From: a virus | Lineage: Duplodnaviria; Caudoviricetes | IMG/VR virus record: IMGVR_UViG_3300042399_000237 | Location: 1 to 60,328 of that record | Length of the DNA: 60,328 nt | Reading direction: 5' to 3' (one strand) | The notes under the pieces: model-generated | Told to the model about the DNA's origin: nothing | Databases searched by the model: none | Seen by the model: only the letters and a program-made list of their open reading frames with translations | Position numbers and translations under genes: made by a program | Part shown: positions 18,349 through 26,873 of the stretch, piece by piece | Layout: each line of letters begins with the position of its first letter | Position numbering within the stretch: the stretch's first letter is position 1

Positions 18349-20617
18349 TAGGAAAGGAAGCCACCTCCTCTACCAATTCATCTGCCCATCTTGTATCTGG
18401 TCGCCATACCATTCCTGATGCAAATAGATCTGACACTGCGTTTACACGCGCTATCTTATCTGACCCTTTCCCCGGTGTATATTCCGAAACAGGCAGACCT
18501 GCCTTTCTCAGCTCATATATTAACGGCGCACCCGCTGCTTTCTTCTCCACCAAGAGGGTGTCAGGGTTCCATTCCTTCCATAGATCATAGGCTGTACGCT
18601 TGAGTTCTGGGAACTCCATACGCTCTTTAAACGCATCAAGCACGATAATATTAGCTTGTTCAATTCCGTCTATTTCCCTATAGAAGACTCCCCATGTTGT
18701 ACATGCGGAATAATCTGCCCTGTTGGTTTTCTCGAATGCGGTATCCCAAGACTGGATAATGTAGTCAACCTCTGGGGGTTTCTCTCTATCCCAGATCTTC
18801 CACATCTCCCGCTTGATGATAGCCCCACCCTCTGAGGTGGGGTTCTGCTGGTACTGCGCTTCCCACTTAGCTACTGGGAGTTCTGCCTTGATAGCCTCTA
18901 GTTCTGTTTGCTTCCAGAACTCAGCCCACAAGGGCTTGCCGCTAGGAAGAAGAGCGGGTAGCTCTATAACCTCCCAGTCTTCCAAGTCTCTCTTGATGGC
19001 ATTGTTAAGGATCTGACCTGTTAAGTCTCTTTTGCTCCATCTAGTATTATGGCTAACAACCCCATTTGCAATGAAATTCTCAGTCCTATCTACCTCAACA
19101 TCAAAAACTTCTTCTTCTCCAGAAGGCGTTATGCTGGTTATCTTATCCAGAATGACGCTGTAGGTATTCAGCGGCTCGTTGTAATTTTTCTGGTGTTTTG
19201 CCATATCCAACGGCAAGGTTGCAGTCATTGCAGAGCAATCCTCTGACAACTCCGGTGGCATGGTTATGGTCGATACATAACTTCCCGTTCCAATGCGCCC
19301 TTGTATTTTTTGTAGAAGGCAGCTCCCCGCAGACATCGCACAGGTTGCCGCGCTCCGCAACCATGCGGTCATACTCCTCGCTGGTAATTCCGTACCTATG
19401 TTTAATACGCCGCGCTCTGCTTTTCTCTGGGGTTGGCTTTTCTGGAGGGTACTGCTTTGAATAGCAGTAACCACATAATCCTTTGGCTTTAGCAGGGTGG
19501 GAATTGCAGTGCCAGCAGTCTTTCCCTTTCCATTTCCCATGATGCCCGATTGGACGGTACGGGGCTTCCGGGTTTTTCTTATGGTAACTTCTTCTTGCTT
19601 GGCAAGCAGAGCAGAGTCCGGGTATTGTTTGAGATCTGGCGGTTCTGTTGCAGCCTTCGTTGCTACAAGCAACATATTCGGCTTTAGGTCTTTCAGTTGA
19701 ATCCATTTGCGCCCTCCAGAAAAATCAACAAGAAACGGATGCCTCGCGTTTGCTTGAAGTATTCTGCCAGATTGCGTCTTTACTGTATATATGGAATCAA
19801 TACCACTTGACTGCCAATTGTTTATCTTGGCTGTGGTAAGTACCCCATATTCATAGGTTGCCACCAAATCACCAATACAAATATCCCGTAATGGCTTTTC
19901 TGTCCCATCAGACATAAGCACACGGGTGCTTCCAACCATACACATAACTATAACAATGGCTCCTCCCGGCTGCAGACGCTGTCTAGGACCGGATGAATAC
20001 CACTCGAATACCCGATCATACACCTGCGGGGTTCCTTGCATCGCTTCCTGTTCTGAATGAGGGTCATCGATGATAAGGACATCTGCCCCTTTACCTGTTA
20101 CCGCACCCCCAACCCCAATAGCAAAATAATCCCCGCCTTTGTTTGTATTCCAGCGACCGGCTGCCTTGCTGTCCGACTGAAGCTTGGTCGAGAAGACTTC
20201 TTGATAATCAGCAGACCCTACCAAGTTTCTGACCTTCCGACCAAACCCTACGGCAAGTTCTGCGGTATGGGCTGTTTGGATAATCTTCTTTTCTGGGTAT
20301 AAGCCCAGAAACCAAGAAGGGAATAGAAAGGAAGCAAACTCTGACTTTGTATGACGAGGCGGCATGTTGATGATCAGCCGCTTAAGTTCTCCTCTTGCGA
20401 CTCTCTCAAAGGCATCTGCCATGATCTGATGATGCTTGCCGGGGATGAATGCTCCCCACATCTGACGGACAAAGGGCAGGAAGTTCTGCCTGCATCGTTC
20501 TTTCTTATCTGCCTTGAATAGCTGATCTATCTTCTCTATGTCCGGGGAACCAGCAGGCAGGGTATCAAGGATACTCAGGTAACCAGTGATCTCTTCTCTG
20601 GTCAGGAGGTCGCTCAT
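18218..20617 (-). CDS. terL: Terminase large subunit with intein
   Basis: Walker A-like INMPPRHTKS; Walker B LIIDDPH; nuclease motifs QSWDTA, EKKAAG, HDDLVDS; start set at MSDLL. Confidence 0.95.
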   Translation of the reverse strand: MSDLLTREEITGYLSILDTLPAGSPDIEKIDQLFKADKKERCRQNFLPFVRQMWGAFIPGKHHQIMADAFERVARGELKRLIINMPPRHTKSEFASFLFPSWFLGLYPEKKIIQTAHTAELAVGFGRKVRNLVGSADYQEVFSTKLQSDSKAAGRWNTNKGGDYFAIGVGGAVTGKGADVLIIDDPHSEQEAMQGTPQVYDRVFEWYSSGPRQRLQPGGAIVIVMCMVGSTRVLMSDGTEKPLRDICIGDLVATYEYGVLTTAKINNWQSSGIDSIYTVKTQSGRILQANARHPFLVDFSGGRKWIQLKDLKPNMLLVATKAATEPPDLKQYPDSALLAKQEEVTIRKTRKPRTVQSGIMGNGKGKTAGTAIPTLLKPKDYVVTAIQSSTLQKSQPQRKAERGVLNIGTELPARSMTAWLRSAATCAMSAGSCLLQKIQGRIGTGSYVSTITMPPELSEDCSAMTATLPLDMAKHQKNYNEPLNTYSVILDKITSITPSGEEEVFDVEVDRTENFIANGVVSHNTRWSKRDLTGQILNNAIKRDLEDWEVIELPALLPSGKPLWAEFWKQTELEAIKAELPVAKWEAQYQQNPTSEGGAIIKREMWKIWDREKPPEVDYIIQSWDTAFEKTNRADYSACTTWGVFYREIDGIEQANIIVLDAFKERMEFPELKRTAYDLWKEWNPDTLLVEKKAAGAPLIYELRKAGLPVSEYTPGKGSDKIARVNAVSDLFASGMVWRPDTRWADELVEEVASFPNGDHDDLVDSTTQALLRFRRGGFIHLSSDEEDKMFIPKKAAYY
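19046..19942 (-). mobile_element. Intein (299 aa) in TerL
   Basis: Begins CMVGSTRVLMSDG (block A); block B ANARHPFLV; block F VFDVEVDRTENFIANG; ends SHN followed by T(+1). Removal restores IVIVM-TRW. Confidence 0.95.
19143..19706 (-). CDS. Endonuclease VII-family homing endonuclease nested out of frame in the intein
   Basis: YGITSEEYDRMVAERGNLCDVC...LCIDHNHATGVVRGLLCNDCNLAVG; N-terminal Cys-rich repeats; own SD GGAGG 6 nt before the ATG. Confidence 0.9.
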   Translation of the reverse strand: MDSTERPKAEYVACSNEGCNRTARSQTIPGLCSACQARRSYHKKNPEAPYRPIGHHGKWKGKDCWHCNSHPAKAKGLCGYCYSKQYPPEKPTPEKSRARRIKHRYGITSEEYDRMVAERGNLCDVCGELPSTKNTRAHWNGKLCIDHNHATGVVRGLLCNDCNLAVGYGKTPEKLQRAAEYLQRHSG

Positions 20618-20630
20618 GTTCCACACTCTT

Positions 20631-20858
20631 TCATATCGACAACATCTCATCCAATGATGGGGCTATTCGGATTGTCCTGAACTTATGGGGCTTCATGTTA
20701 ATTCGCCCCTCTTGCTCTAGGATGTGGATATGTCTGTGGATATTTGACCTAGACTTCAGTCCCAGACCAGATGCGATATCCTGCAGGGATGGAGCAAAGC
20801 CCTTGGTCTTTATAAAGGACTGGACGAACTCTAGAATCTCTAGCTGCTTGTTTGTCAT
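20631..20858 (-). CDS. LexA-like DNA-binding domain protein (no peptidase domain)
   Basis: MTNKQLEILEFV...GFAPSLQDIASGLGLKSRSNIHRHIHILEQEGRI matches the LexA N-terminal winged helix; 75 aa only. Confidence 0.85.
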   Translation of the reverse strand: MTNKQLEILEFVQSFIKTKGFAPSLQDIASGLGLKSRSNIHRHIHILEQEGRINMKPHKFRTIRIAPSLDEMLSI

Positions 20859-21232
20859 TAAACTGAGGTAAAGACCATGTTGATAGTCCCGCCACCCTCA
20901 AAGCCGTTCCAAGGAACTATCTCTGCCCCTCCATTCCCATTCTGGACAAACTGATGACCATTAACATCACCGGTCAATTCAATACTCTGTTTTTCCATCC
21001 AGCCGCGATCAATATAGACCCCTGCATCTGGTCCAAAGTTAACCCCGCCCTGCATGTAATACACATTAGGAGTTATCCAGAACCTCAATGCGTCAGCATT
21101 GTTAGGGTCTTGAGTGGACCAATTGAAGTTACCTTGAGGAGGTATTACCCCAACAACCCCTACATCGTTATTAACAACGTCTATGTTGTACTCAGTGAGG
21201 TTGTGTATATGAAGCTCTACAGTCCATGTCAT
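20858..21232 (-). CDS. Hypothetical beta-rich protein
   Basis: 124 aa, Asn/Gly/Trp-rich; coupled to the downstream gene. Confidence 0.65.
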   Translation of the reverse strand: MTWTVELHIHNLTEYNIDVVNNDVGVVGVIPPQGNFNWSTQDPNNADALRFWITPNVYYMQGGVNFGPDAGVYIDRGWMEKQSIELTGDVNGHQFVQNGNGGAEIVPWNGFEGGGTINMVFTSV

Positions 21233-21251
21233 GTTTCACACTCACTTTGTT

Positions 21252-21479
21252 TCATGTTGCGCTCCAGTTAGATGTAAGTCCGTCTATAACGCTTGGGTGC
21301 TGCACTATCAACGATACAACATACTTCGTCCTAACGTCCATATACAAGGGAAGCAGGTGCTGCATCTCTGCCTCGTTAGGTATACGAGGCTCCCAGAACG
21401 CCTTAATGCCCTCATACGGTCTATCTAGGTCAAACTTAAACCGCACTGAGAAGTCATCCAAGTTAAATGTCCTTTCCAT
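21252..21479 (-). CDS. Hypothetical protein
   Basis: 75 aa; TAATG-coupled. Confidence 0.6.
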   Translation of the reverse strand: MERTFNLDDFSVRFKFDLDRPYEGIKAFWEPRIPNEAEMQHLLPLYMDVRTKYVVSLIVQHPSVIDGLTSNWSAT

Positions 21480-21637
21480 TAGCAGCTCACTGGTCTAAAC
21501 GGACCTTCTACTGTGGTCTCCCAGCAGCACATACCACCCCTGCCATCAGGAACACATACAAAGGCATCTGTATTAGCCATTACCATTCCTGTGTATATAC
21601 CTACCCCTACCAACAGCGCAATCAATAGTCTCTTCAT
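21479..21637 (-). CDS. Small, possibly secreted Cys-rich protein (52 aa)
   Basis: GGAGG RBS; MKRLLIALLVGVGIYTGMVMA signal-like segment followed by four Cys. Confidence 0.65.
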   Translation of the reverse strand: MKRLLIALLVGVGIYTGMVMANTDAFVCVPDGRGGMCCWETTVEGPFRPVSC

Positions 21638-21668
21638 ATCAGCCTCCATACCCCATATGGGAATGGCT

Positions 21669-21697
21669 ATGTTAGTGAGAACAAGTGTTCGTGTCAA
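21669..21697 (-). promoter_or_regulatory. Sigma70 promoter with GAAC-N4-GTTC box in the spacer
   Basis: TTGACA-CGAACACTTGTTCTCAC(17)-TAACAT. Confidence 0.75.
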
Positions 21698-21737
21698 GCC
21701 ACTGAAAAATATAATATACCCCCCCCTACGGAGATGA

Positions 21738-21749
21738 GAACAAATGTTC
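21738..21749. promoter_or_regulatory. Second GAAC-N4-GTTC box
   Basis: GAACAAATGTTC, with the same flanks (GA...G) as the first box. Confidence 0.65.
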
Positions 21750-21870
21750 GTAAGAGATAAAAAATAGGGAATAGAGGGAGTGGATCATAGCGTATAGACG
21801 GAGGGGAGTCCCTGCTCACCACAGGCTCATACCACCACCGTGGGGTCGGAGAATGGCTCTGCGCCTCGTT

Positions 21871-22551
21871 CTACAGGTCATCATCGTTTAAACAGATTGC
21901 GTCTTCAGTGATGATCTCTACTGTCTTCATTGGTCTGACGTTGTCTAACAGTACTAGATGGTTACGCAGTTCCTTCTTTAGTTGCTCAGTGCTGATGGCT
22001 TCGACCTTGGTCTCTACCTTGTCTGTGAACATTCCAATCGCTCTGCCCATTAGTTCTAGTGCGCGAAGCTTCTCAGTGGCAGTCTTTGCATTGCTTGCAT
22101 GACCGTGTAACTCTTCGAGTATGAACCTCCGGGTCTTCACTGAATCCTCTACAACCCGCTCGGCTATTGAGTCTGTGAACGACTCTAGTAGCATACTGAT
22201 TCTGTTGTCTCGTGCCAGCCGACTTGCATTGATCGAGATGACATTCCGATTCGTTGTTCGCACGTTGTATGCTTTGATGTAGGCTTCTGTTTGGTTCATG
22301 CCTGCTGCTAGATGTTCTGCGAATGCTCTCTGATTAGCAGTGAGTCTGGTGAGCGGCTTCTTAGTACTGGTAAGGGCTGAGACAGAATCCTTTTCTTTAC
22401 TGCCTCTGTTAGTTCTCTTCTTGTTTACTCTTACATCGGTTTGCTGTTCTGCTTCGCATTTAGAATCGCCTCGTCCTTCGATGCTACTATCATCATCCGT
22501 CAATCTGATAGCACCTGATTCAGTCGTTCTTATTTTGTCTGGGTTGGTCAT
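21871..22551 (-). CDS. terS: Terminase small subunit
   Basis: HTH LTANQRAFAEHLAAGMNQTEAYIKAY...ASRL; KLRALELMGRAIGMF; start set at MTNPD (AAGGA RBS). Confidence 0.75.
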   Translation of the reverse strand: MTNPDKIRTTESGAIRLTDDDSSIEGRGDSKCEAEQQTDVRVNKKRTNRGSKEKDSVSALTSTKKPLTRLTANQRAFAEHLAAGMNQTEAYIKAYNVRTTNRNVISINASRLARDNRISMLLESFTDSIAERVVEDSVKTRRFILEELHGHASNAKTATEKLRALELMGRAIGMFTDKVETKVEAISTEQLKKELRNHLVLLDNVRPMKTVEIITEDAICLNDDDL

Positions 22552-22736
22552 TATCGTGTTCCTTTTGATAGTCATTGGCTCGTATTGCCATGCTTGCATA
22601 CTCATCGTTGTACTCATAGCATCACTCATGAGCTATCACGCTCGTTGTTTATACGGCTCGTGTCAAGTACAGCACTTTGTAGCGGCTATTTGTCTCTGAC
22701 AATGTCCAGTCTCATGCCTCTTGTTTGCTATCTCTA

Positions 22737-22788
22737 CGACATGAACTGCCTTAGATAATGTCCGACATGAATTGCACTAGATAATGTC
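22737..22788. repeat. Tandem 26-bp repeat (2 copies)
   Basis: CGACATGAACTGCCTTAGATAATGTC / CGACATGAATTGCACTAGATAATGTC, 23/26 identical. Confidence 0.85.
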
Positions 22789-23059
22789 ATGCCGTTTCGC
22801 TGCGCTGGACGCTCACCAAGGTAATCTATATCAGGATGTACTTATCCTGTTGTATGCCTTCCCAGCTAGTCAAAGTCGAATTGTTCCAATGGGTTTGCGG
22901 GGTGATTTATCACCTCATTATCCTTATCAATCAGGGACATGATCAAATAGCACTGACCTTCTAAAGAGACATGCTTGTCTTGTTCGCTACTATCCAAAAC
23001 TAAGAACAGCTTGTAATCAATGGCTTGTCATTTAGATGCAATTGTTTAACAGATAAAGC

Positions 23060-23088
23060 GTGACAGCATGTTTAAACCTCGGTACGAT
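23060..23088 (+). promoter_or_regulatory. Putative early promoter
   Basis: GTGACA-N17-TACGAT; the spacer contains GTTTAAAC. Confidence 0.55.
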
Positions 23089-23263
23089 TCGGTTTCGTTG
23101 TTGTAGTAAACCACCAGCGGGGTGCTGCCGCTGGACTGGCAAGGCTAGTAGCAGGCTGGGAAGCCGCGAACGAGATGAGGTCAGTTATGAACCGCTTTGA
23201 CTCACGACACTGGACGGTTGTGACGAGTGCGAATCTAGGTTGAAACCTGCTCTTTGAGTGACC

Positions 23264-23310
23264 AAGGGGGTCACGTTATGCCCTTATGGGTATAGCGGGA
23301 AATCCTTCCC
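23264..23310 (+). repeat. Intergenic hairpin element, copy 1
   Basis: AAGGGGGTCACGTTATGCCC-TTAT-GGGTATAGCGGGAAATCCTTCCC, then CTGGAGAG RBS. Confidence 0.85.
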
Positions 23311-23328
23311 ACCAACTGGAGAGATAAA

Positions 23329-23490
23329 ATGAAGGTATTTATTACAAACACACAGTGTCTACGTCAGCTTTGCGGGTTCGGTGAAGGGGCAACGTGGGAG
23401 GATGCTGTAAAGGATGCGCTCTTGCAGGAGCCAAGGGCGTATGTCGGCACCGATGGGCGTATTTACATCGACTTGCCAGTGTCTCTGTGA
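23329..23490 (+). CDS. Small early protein (53 aa)
   Basis: MKVFITNTQCLRQLCGFGEGATWEDAVKDALLQEPRAYVGTDGRIYIDLPVSL; GGAG RBS; lies between hairpins 1 and 2. Confidence 0.7.
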   Translation: MKVFITNTQCLRQLCGFGEGATWEDAVKDALLQEPRAYVGTDGRIYIDLPVSL

Positions 23491-23493
23491 CAC

Positions 23494-23540
23494 GAGGGTG
23501 TCACCTAATGCCCTCATGGGCATTGGGGGAAGTCCTTCCC
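23494..23540 (+). repeat. Intergenic hairpin element, copy 2
   Basis: GAGGGTGTCACCTAATGCCC-TCAT-GGGCATTGGGGGAAGTCCTTCCC. Confidence 0.9.
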
Positions 23541-23559
23541 AACTAACTGGAGAGATGAC

Positions 23560-23808
23560 ATGAGCCATTCAGCACAAGTACTTGATGCACTTGAAGAGCA
23601 TCTGGAAGCATTTGCAGCACAACTAGAAAGGCAGATTGAGGTTGCCTCTGAGAGCCAATCCCTACCGGGATACGGCAGAACCCAGCACCTCAGCGGCAAA
23701 CTTGAAGCCATTGGGGAGATATCTAGATATATCAGCAACACGCAGCGATCCATAGCGCGACATGCAGAAGCGTTGGCGAATGTGGGGGCTGATGAAGCAC
23801 CGTACTAG
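23560..23808 (+). CDS. Early hypothetical protein
   Basis: 82 aa; GGAG RBS; bounded by hairpins 2 and 3. Confidence 0.75.
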   Translation: MSHSAQVLDALEEHLEAFAAQLERQIEVASESQSLPGYGRTQHLSGKLEAIGEISRYISNTQRSIARHAEALANVGADEAPY

Positions 23809-23854
23809 AGGGTGTCACGTTATGCCCTTATGGGCATAGCGGGAAGTCCTTCCC
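23808..23854 (+). repeat. Intergenic hairpin element, copy 3
   Basis: GAGGGTGTCACGTTATGCCC-TTAT-GGGCATAGCGGGAAGTCCTTCCC. Confidence 0.9.
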
Positions 23855-23874
23855 AACTAATTTGGAGAGATGAC

Positions 23875-24438
23875 ATGCATAAGAACCGTGAAGACTGGCT
23901 GGATGCGGCTGTTTCAGAACTGCGCCCAGTGTTTGATTCTGTATCCTTTCCGCTGCCGGACAAAATCCGGGTGACGTGCGGCTTTCCATCTAGCAGGGCT
24001 AAGGCGAACAACGCTCGTATCGGTGAGCATTGGAGTCCAAGCGCCAGCAGTGACGGCAGTCACGAGATCCTGATCTCACCGACTGTCGATGATCAGGTCG
24101 ATGTATTTGCTGTGCTGGTACATGAACTGGCTCACGCAGCAACCGATGGTGATGGTCATGGCACTCGCTTCAGAACCTGTGTTAGAGCGCTTTGGCTTGA
24201 AGGCAAGCCGACTGCGACCGTTGCTGGGCAAGTGTTTCGCGAGAAGTTCGCCAATCTGCTCGATCAGATCGGTGCTTATCCTCATGCTCGTTTAAACGTG
24301 TCAGGTCGCAAGGTGCAGACAACCAGACTGCTGAAGGCTTGCTGCCCAAGCTGTGGATACACGATACGCATCACCAAGACATGGGCTGATCAGGGTCTGC
24401 CGATCTGTCCAAATGACCGTAGCACATTTGTAATCTAA
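23875..24438 (+). CDS. SprT-like zinc metalloprotease with C-terminal Zn ribbon
   Basis: VLVHELAHA...GHGTRF; CPSCGYTIR...PICP; start set at MHKNR. Confidence 0.8.
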   Translation: MHKNREDWLDAAVSELRPVFDSVSFPLPDKIRVTCGFPSSRAKANNARIGEHWSPSASSDGSHEILISPTVDDQVDVFAVLVHELAHAATDGDGHGTRFRTCVRALWLEGKPTATVAGQVFREKFANLLDQIGAYPHARLNVSGRKVQTTRLLKACCPSCGYTIRITKTWADQGLPICPNDRSTFVI

Positions 24439-24456
24439 CCTCGGAGGCTAATCAAA

Positions 24457-25896
24457 ATGAAAGACTTAAAAGCTAAACTAGCATTACTGTCACTGGGTCA
24501 ACTCAATGCAGCACAAGAGGAGGCTGGTGTTCTGCCAATTGCTGACAAGACAGGCGCACTGCACTCTGTGACTGAGTTGCTAGTGCATGGCAGGCTCGAA
24601 CTCGATCAGGTGCTGAAGATCAGGGCATCCGTAGCCAAACCCGTTGGGGCTGTTGTAGATGATGCTCTGCGCCAACAGGTGAACGCTATCAGTGCGACCG
24701 CTCAGGGTGCAGCTACTCAGGTCGAGTCGGCTCTTGCAGTGATAGGCAGAACGAGTGCGGATGTTGGCACGGCTCTTGCCCAGTTACGCACAGACTTTTC
24801 CAAGCTTTCGAGCAAGCTTGAGACCCGTGTCGCAGCAATCAGCAAGCCGGACGAGGCTCATATTCAAGCGTCCTTGGCGAACCTGTTTGATCAGTTCCGT
24901 ACTGAAGTGACCCCAGAGAAGCTGACTCAAGTGGCGAATGCCGTGGGGGCATTCAAGCTAACAAGGGCAGGCGATATCTTCCCGGTCACTGCTTACGGTG
25001 ACGTGGACTTCGGTGACCTTCTGGTAGGGGTCTGGGGCGATCCACAAGCCCCCCAGTTGGTCGATGACTATGTGTTCAACCCATCGCACCTACACCAGAG
25101 TCTAATCGCTCTGGACGATGTCCTCCCAGACAATGTCTGGTTGGCTGGTGAGCGTGGTACTGGCAAGACTGAGTTCGTGACCCAGTTAGCGGCTCGTTTA
25201 AAGCGGAGGCTTTTCCGGGTCAATTTTGACGAGGCTTTGGAACGTGCCGACTTCATTGGCGGTAACACGATTGAGAACTCTTCTGTGGTATGGAAGGCGG
25301 GGATAATAACCCAAGCCATTCAGCATCCCGGCAGCATCATCTTGCTAGATGAGATCGGGTTTGCGAGAGCGCAGTCGGTGTCGATTCTGCACAGTCTATG
25401 TGAGCGCAGTCCTCATCGTGCCATTGCCATTGCAGAGACAGGCGAAAGGATTCCAGTCGCAAGCCATGTAGTGTTCTTCGGTGCTGATAACAGTAACGGA
25501 CACGGCGATACGTCTGGCAATTTTGCTGGGGTGCGTGAACAGAATAGCGCCTTCCTTGACCGCTTCAGCTTCACTCTGCGCTTCGAGTACCTGTCTGCGG
25601 CTGATGAATGTAATTTAATTATCAACCGTACGGCTCTGCCTTTGGATGCCGCGATTGCCATCGTCCAGTTTGCGGGTGTAGCGCGTGAGAAAGCAAGGGC
25701 AGGGCTGTTGACTCAGCCTCCGTCACTGCGCCAACTATTTGCATGGGCAAGGGCTGTTAAGAAGGGCTTGCCTGTTGAGCAGGCTTTCGTGAACGCCATC
25801 ATCAACAAGTTTCCGGCTGACTGCGAGCCTGAGTTGCGTGGGGTATTCAATGCTCAGATCGATATCGTAGCGTTTAAACAATCACTGGGAGGTTAA
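24457..25896 (+). CDS. MoxR/CobS-like AAA+ ATPase
   Basis: Walker A GERGTGKT; Walker B ILLDE; NSAFLDRF; SLRQL sensor. Confidence 0.9.
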   Translation: MKDLKAKLALLSLGQLNAAQEEAGVLPIADKTGALHSVTELLVHGRLELDQVLKIRASVAKPVGAVVDDALRQQVNAISATAQGAATQVESALAVIGRTSADVGTALAQLRTDFSKLSSKLETRVAAISKPDEAHIQASLANLFDQFRTEVTPEKLTQVANAVGAFKLTRAGDIFPVTAYGDVDFGDLLVGVWGDPQAPQLVDDYVFNPSHLHQSLIALDDVLPDNVWLAGERGTGKTEFVTQLAARLKRRLFRVNFDEALERADFIGGNTIENSSVVWKAGIITQAIQHPGSIILLDEIGFARAQSVSILHSLCERSPHRAIAIAETGERIPVASHVVFFGADNSNGHGDTSGNFAGVREQNSAFLDRFSFTLRFEYLSAADECNLIINRTALPLDAAIAIVQFAGVAREKARAGLLTQPPSLRQLFAWARAVKKGLPVEQAFVNAIINKFPADCEPELRGVFNAQIDIVAFKQSLGG

Positions 25897-25898
25897 TC

Positions 25899-26864
25899 AT
25901 GTTGGCACTTGATGCGAAAAGAGGGTTGGAGGCTACACTCGAACGGGTGTTAAGCGCCTCCGGTCAGACTGGTTGGACGTTGGACATCGTATGGACTGGG
26001 AAGACTGCTGGTGTTCGGTTCGATGGCAGAAAAGCGCATATCATTCTGCCTGCGGTTGACGAGACCAAGGACGTACCAGTTGTGCTGTTCAACGACCTGT
26101 TGGGCTATGTGCTGCATGAACTGGGGCATATCTGGTTCACCCAGAACGAACCTTGGGACTTGGCACGGGCGAAGCATGGCGCATATGTCGGTAACCTGAT
26201 CAATGGGCTTGAAGATCCTAGGATCGAATTGCGAGTGATCAAGTCAGGCTACGCACCTAATAGCCGCGCCCTGTTTGAGTCGCTGGTCAACAACGTGCTG
26301 GAAGATGGCTACGTCGAGCCGGACGATTTTAAGAACATCCCGTTCCAACTGGCTATCGAAGGGCGGCGTTTAAACGGCTACAACATTGACGCTCCTGCTA
26401 TCCTCGATGAGTCTCGTTACGCTGCCGATCTACGCTGGGCGCTGACTGCTGCAAAGAAGGCTAAGAACACGGAGAAGATTGCGAAGATTGCAATTGAACT
26501 GTATCGCAGGCTGAAGAAGACGCAGGCAGAGAAGCCGCCCGAAGACAAGCCAGAACCCAAGGGCAAGCCAGAGGGCAAGCCAGAGTCTGGTGAGGGCGAA
26601 GGCGAGGACGAGGGCAAGGGAGAGGACGAGGGCAACGGGCAAGACGAAAGCGAGGGGCAAGACGAGGGCGAAGGCGAGGGGCAGGGGCAGGGCAAGGGCG
26701 AAGATGACCCTCACCCAGATGGCGAGAGCGAAGAGATTGGTCGGGGCATTGAGCCTGACGAGAAGATCTCCAGTCGCTTCACCCCTCTGACCGCTTTGGC
26801 TGACGAGCTTCAACCAAGACCCAGCATCGGCAAGCCCACAAGGGAATCACTGCGTTTCTACTAG
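25899..26864 (+). CDS. CobT-like N-terminal domain (HExxH) plus acidic linker
   Basis: LHELGHIWFT, INGLEDPRIE; long G/E/D linker. Confidence 0.8.
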   Translation: MLALDAKRGLEATLERVLSASGQTGWTLDIVWTGKTAGVRFDGRKAHIILPAVDETKDVPVVLFNDLLGYVLHELGHIWFTQNEPWDLARAKHGAYVGNLINGLEDPRIELRVIKSGYAPNSRALFESLVNNVLEDGYVEPDDFKNIPFQLAIEGRRLNGYNIDAPAILDESRYAADLRWALTAAKKAKNTEKIAKIAIELYRRLKKTQAEKPPEDKPEPKGKPEGKPESGEGEGEDEGKGEDEGNGQDESEGQDEGEGEGQGQGKGEDDPHPDGESEEIGRGIEPDEKISSRFTPLTALADELQPRPSIGKPTRESLRFY

Positions 26865-26873
26865 GAGAATAAA

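Noticed and set aside
23095-23262. tRNA gene
   Set aside because: No cloverleaf with a T-loop GTTCRA and acceptor stem could be built; no tRNA was recognised elsewhere.
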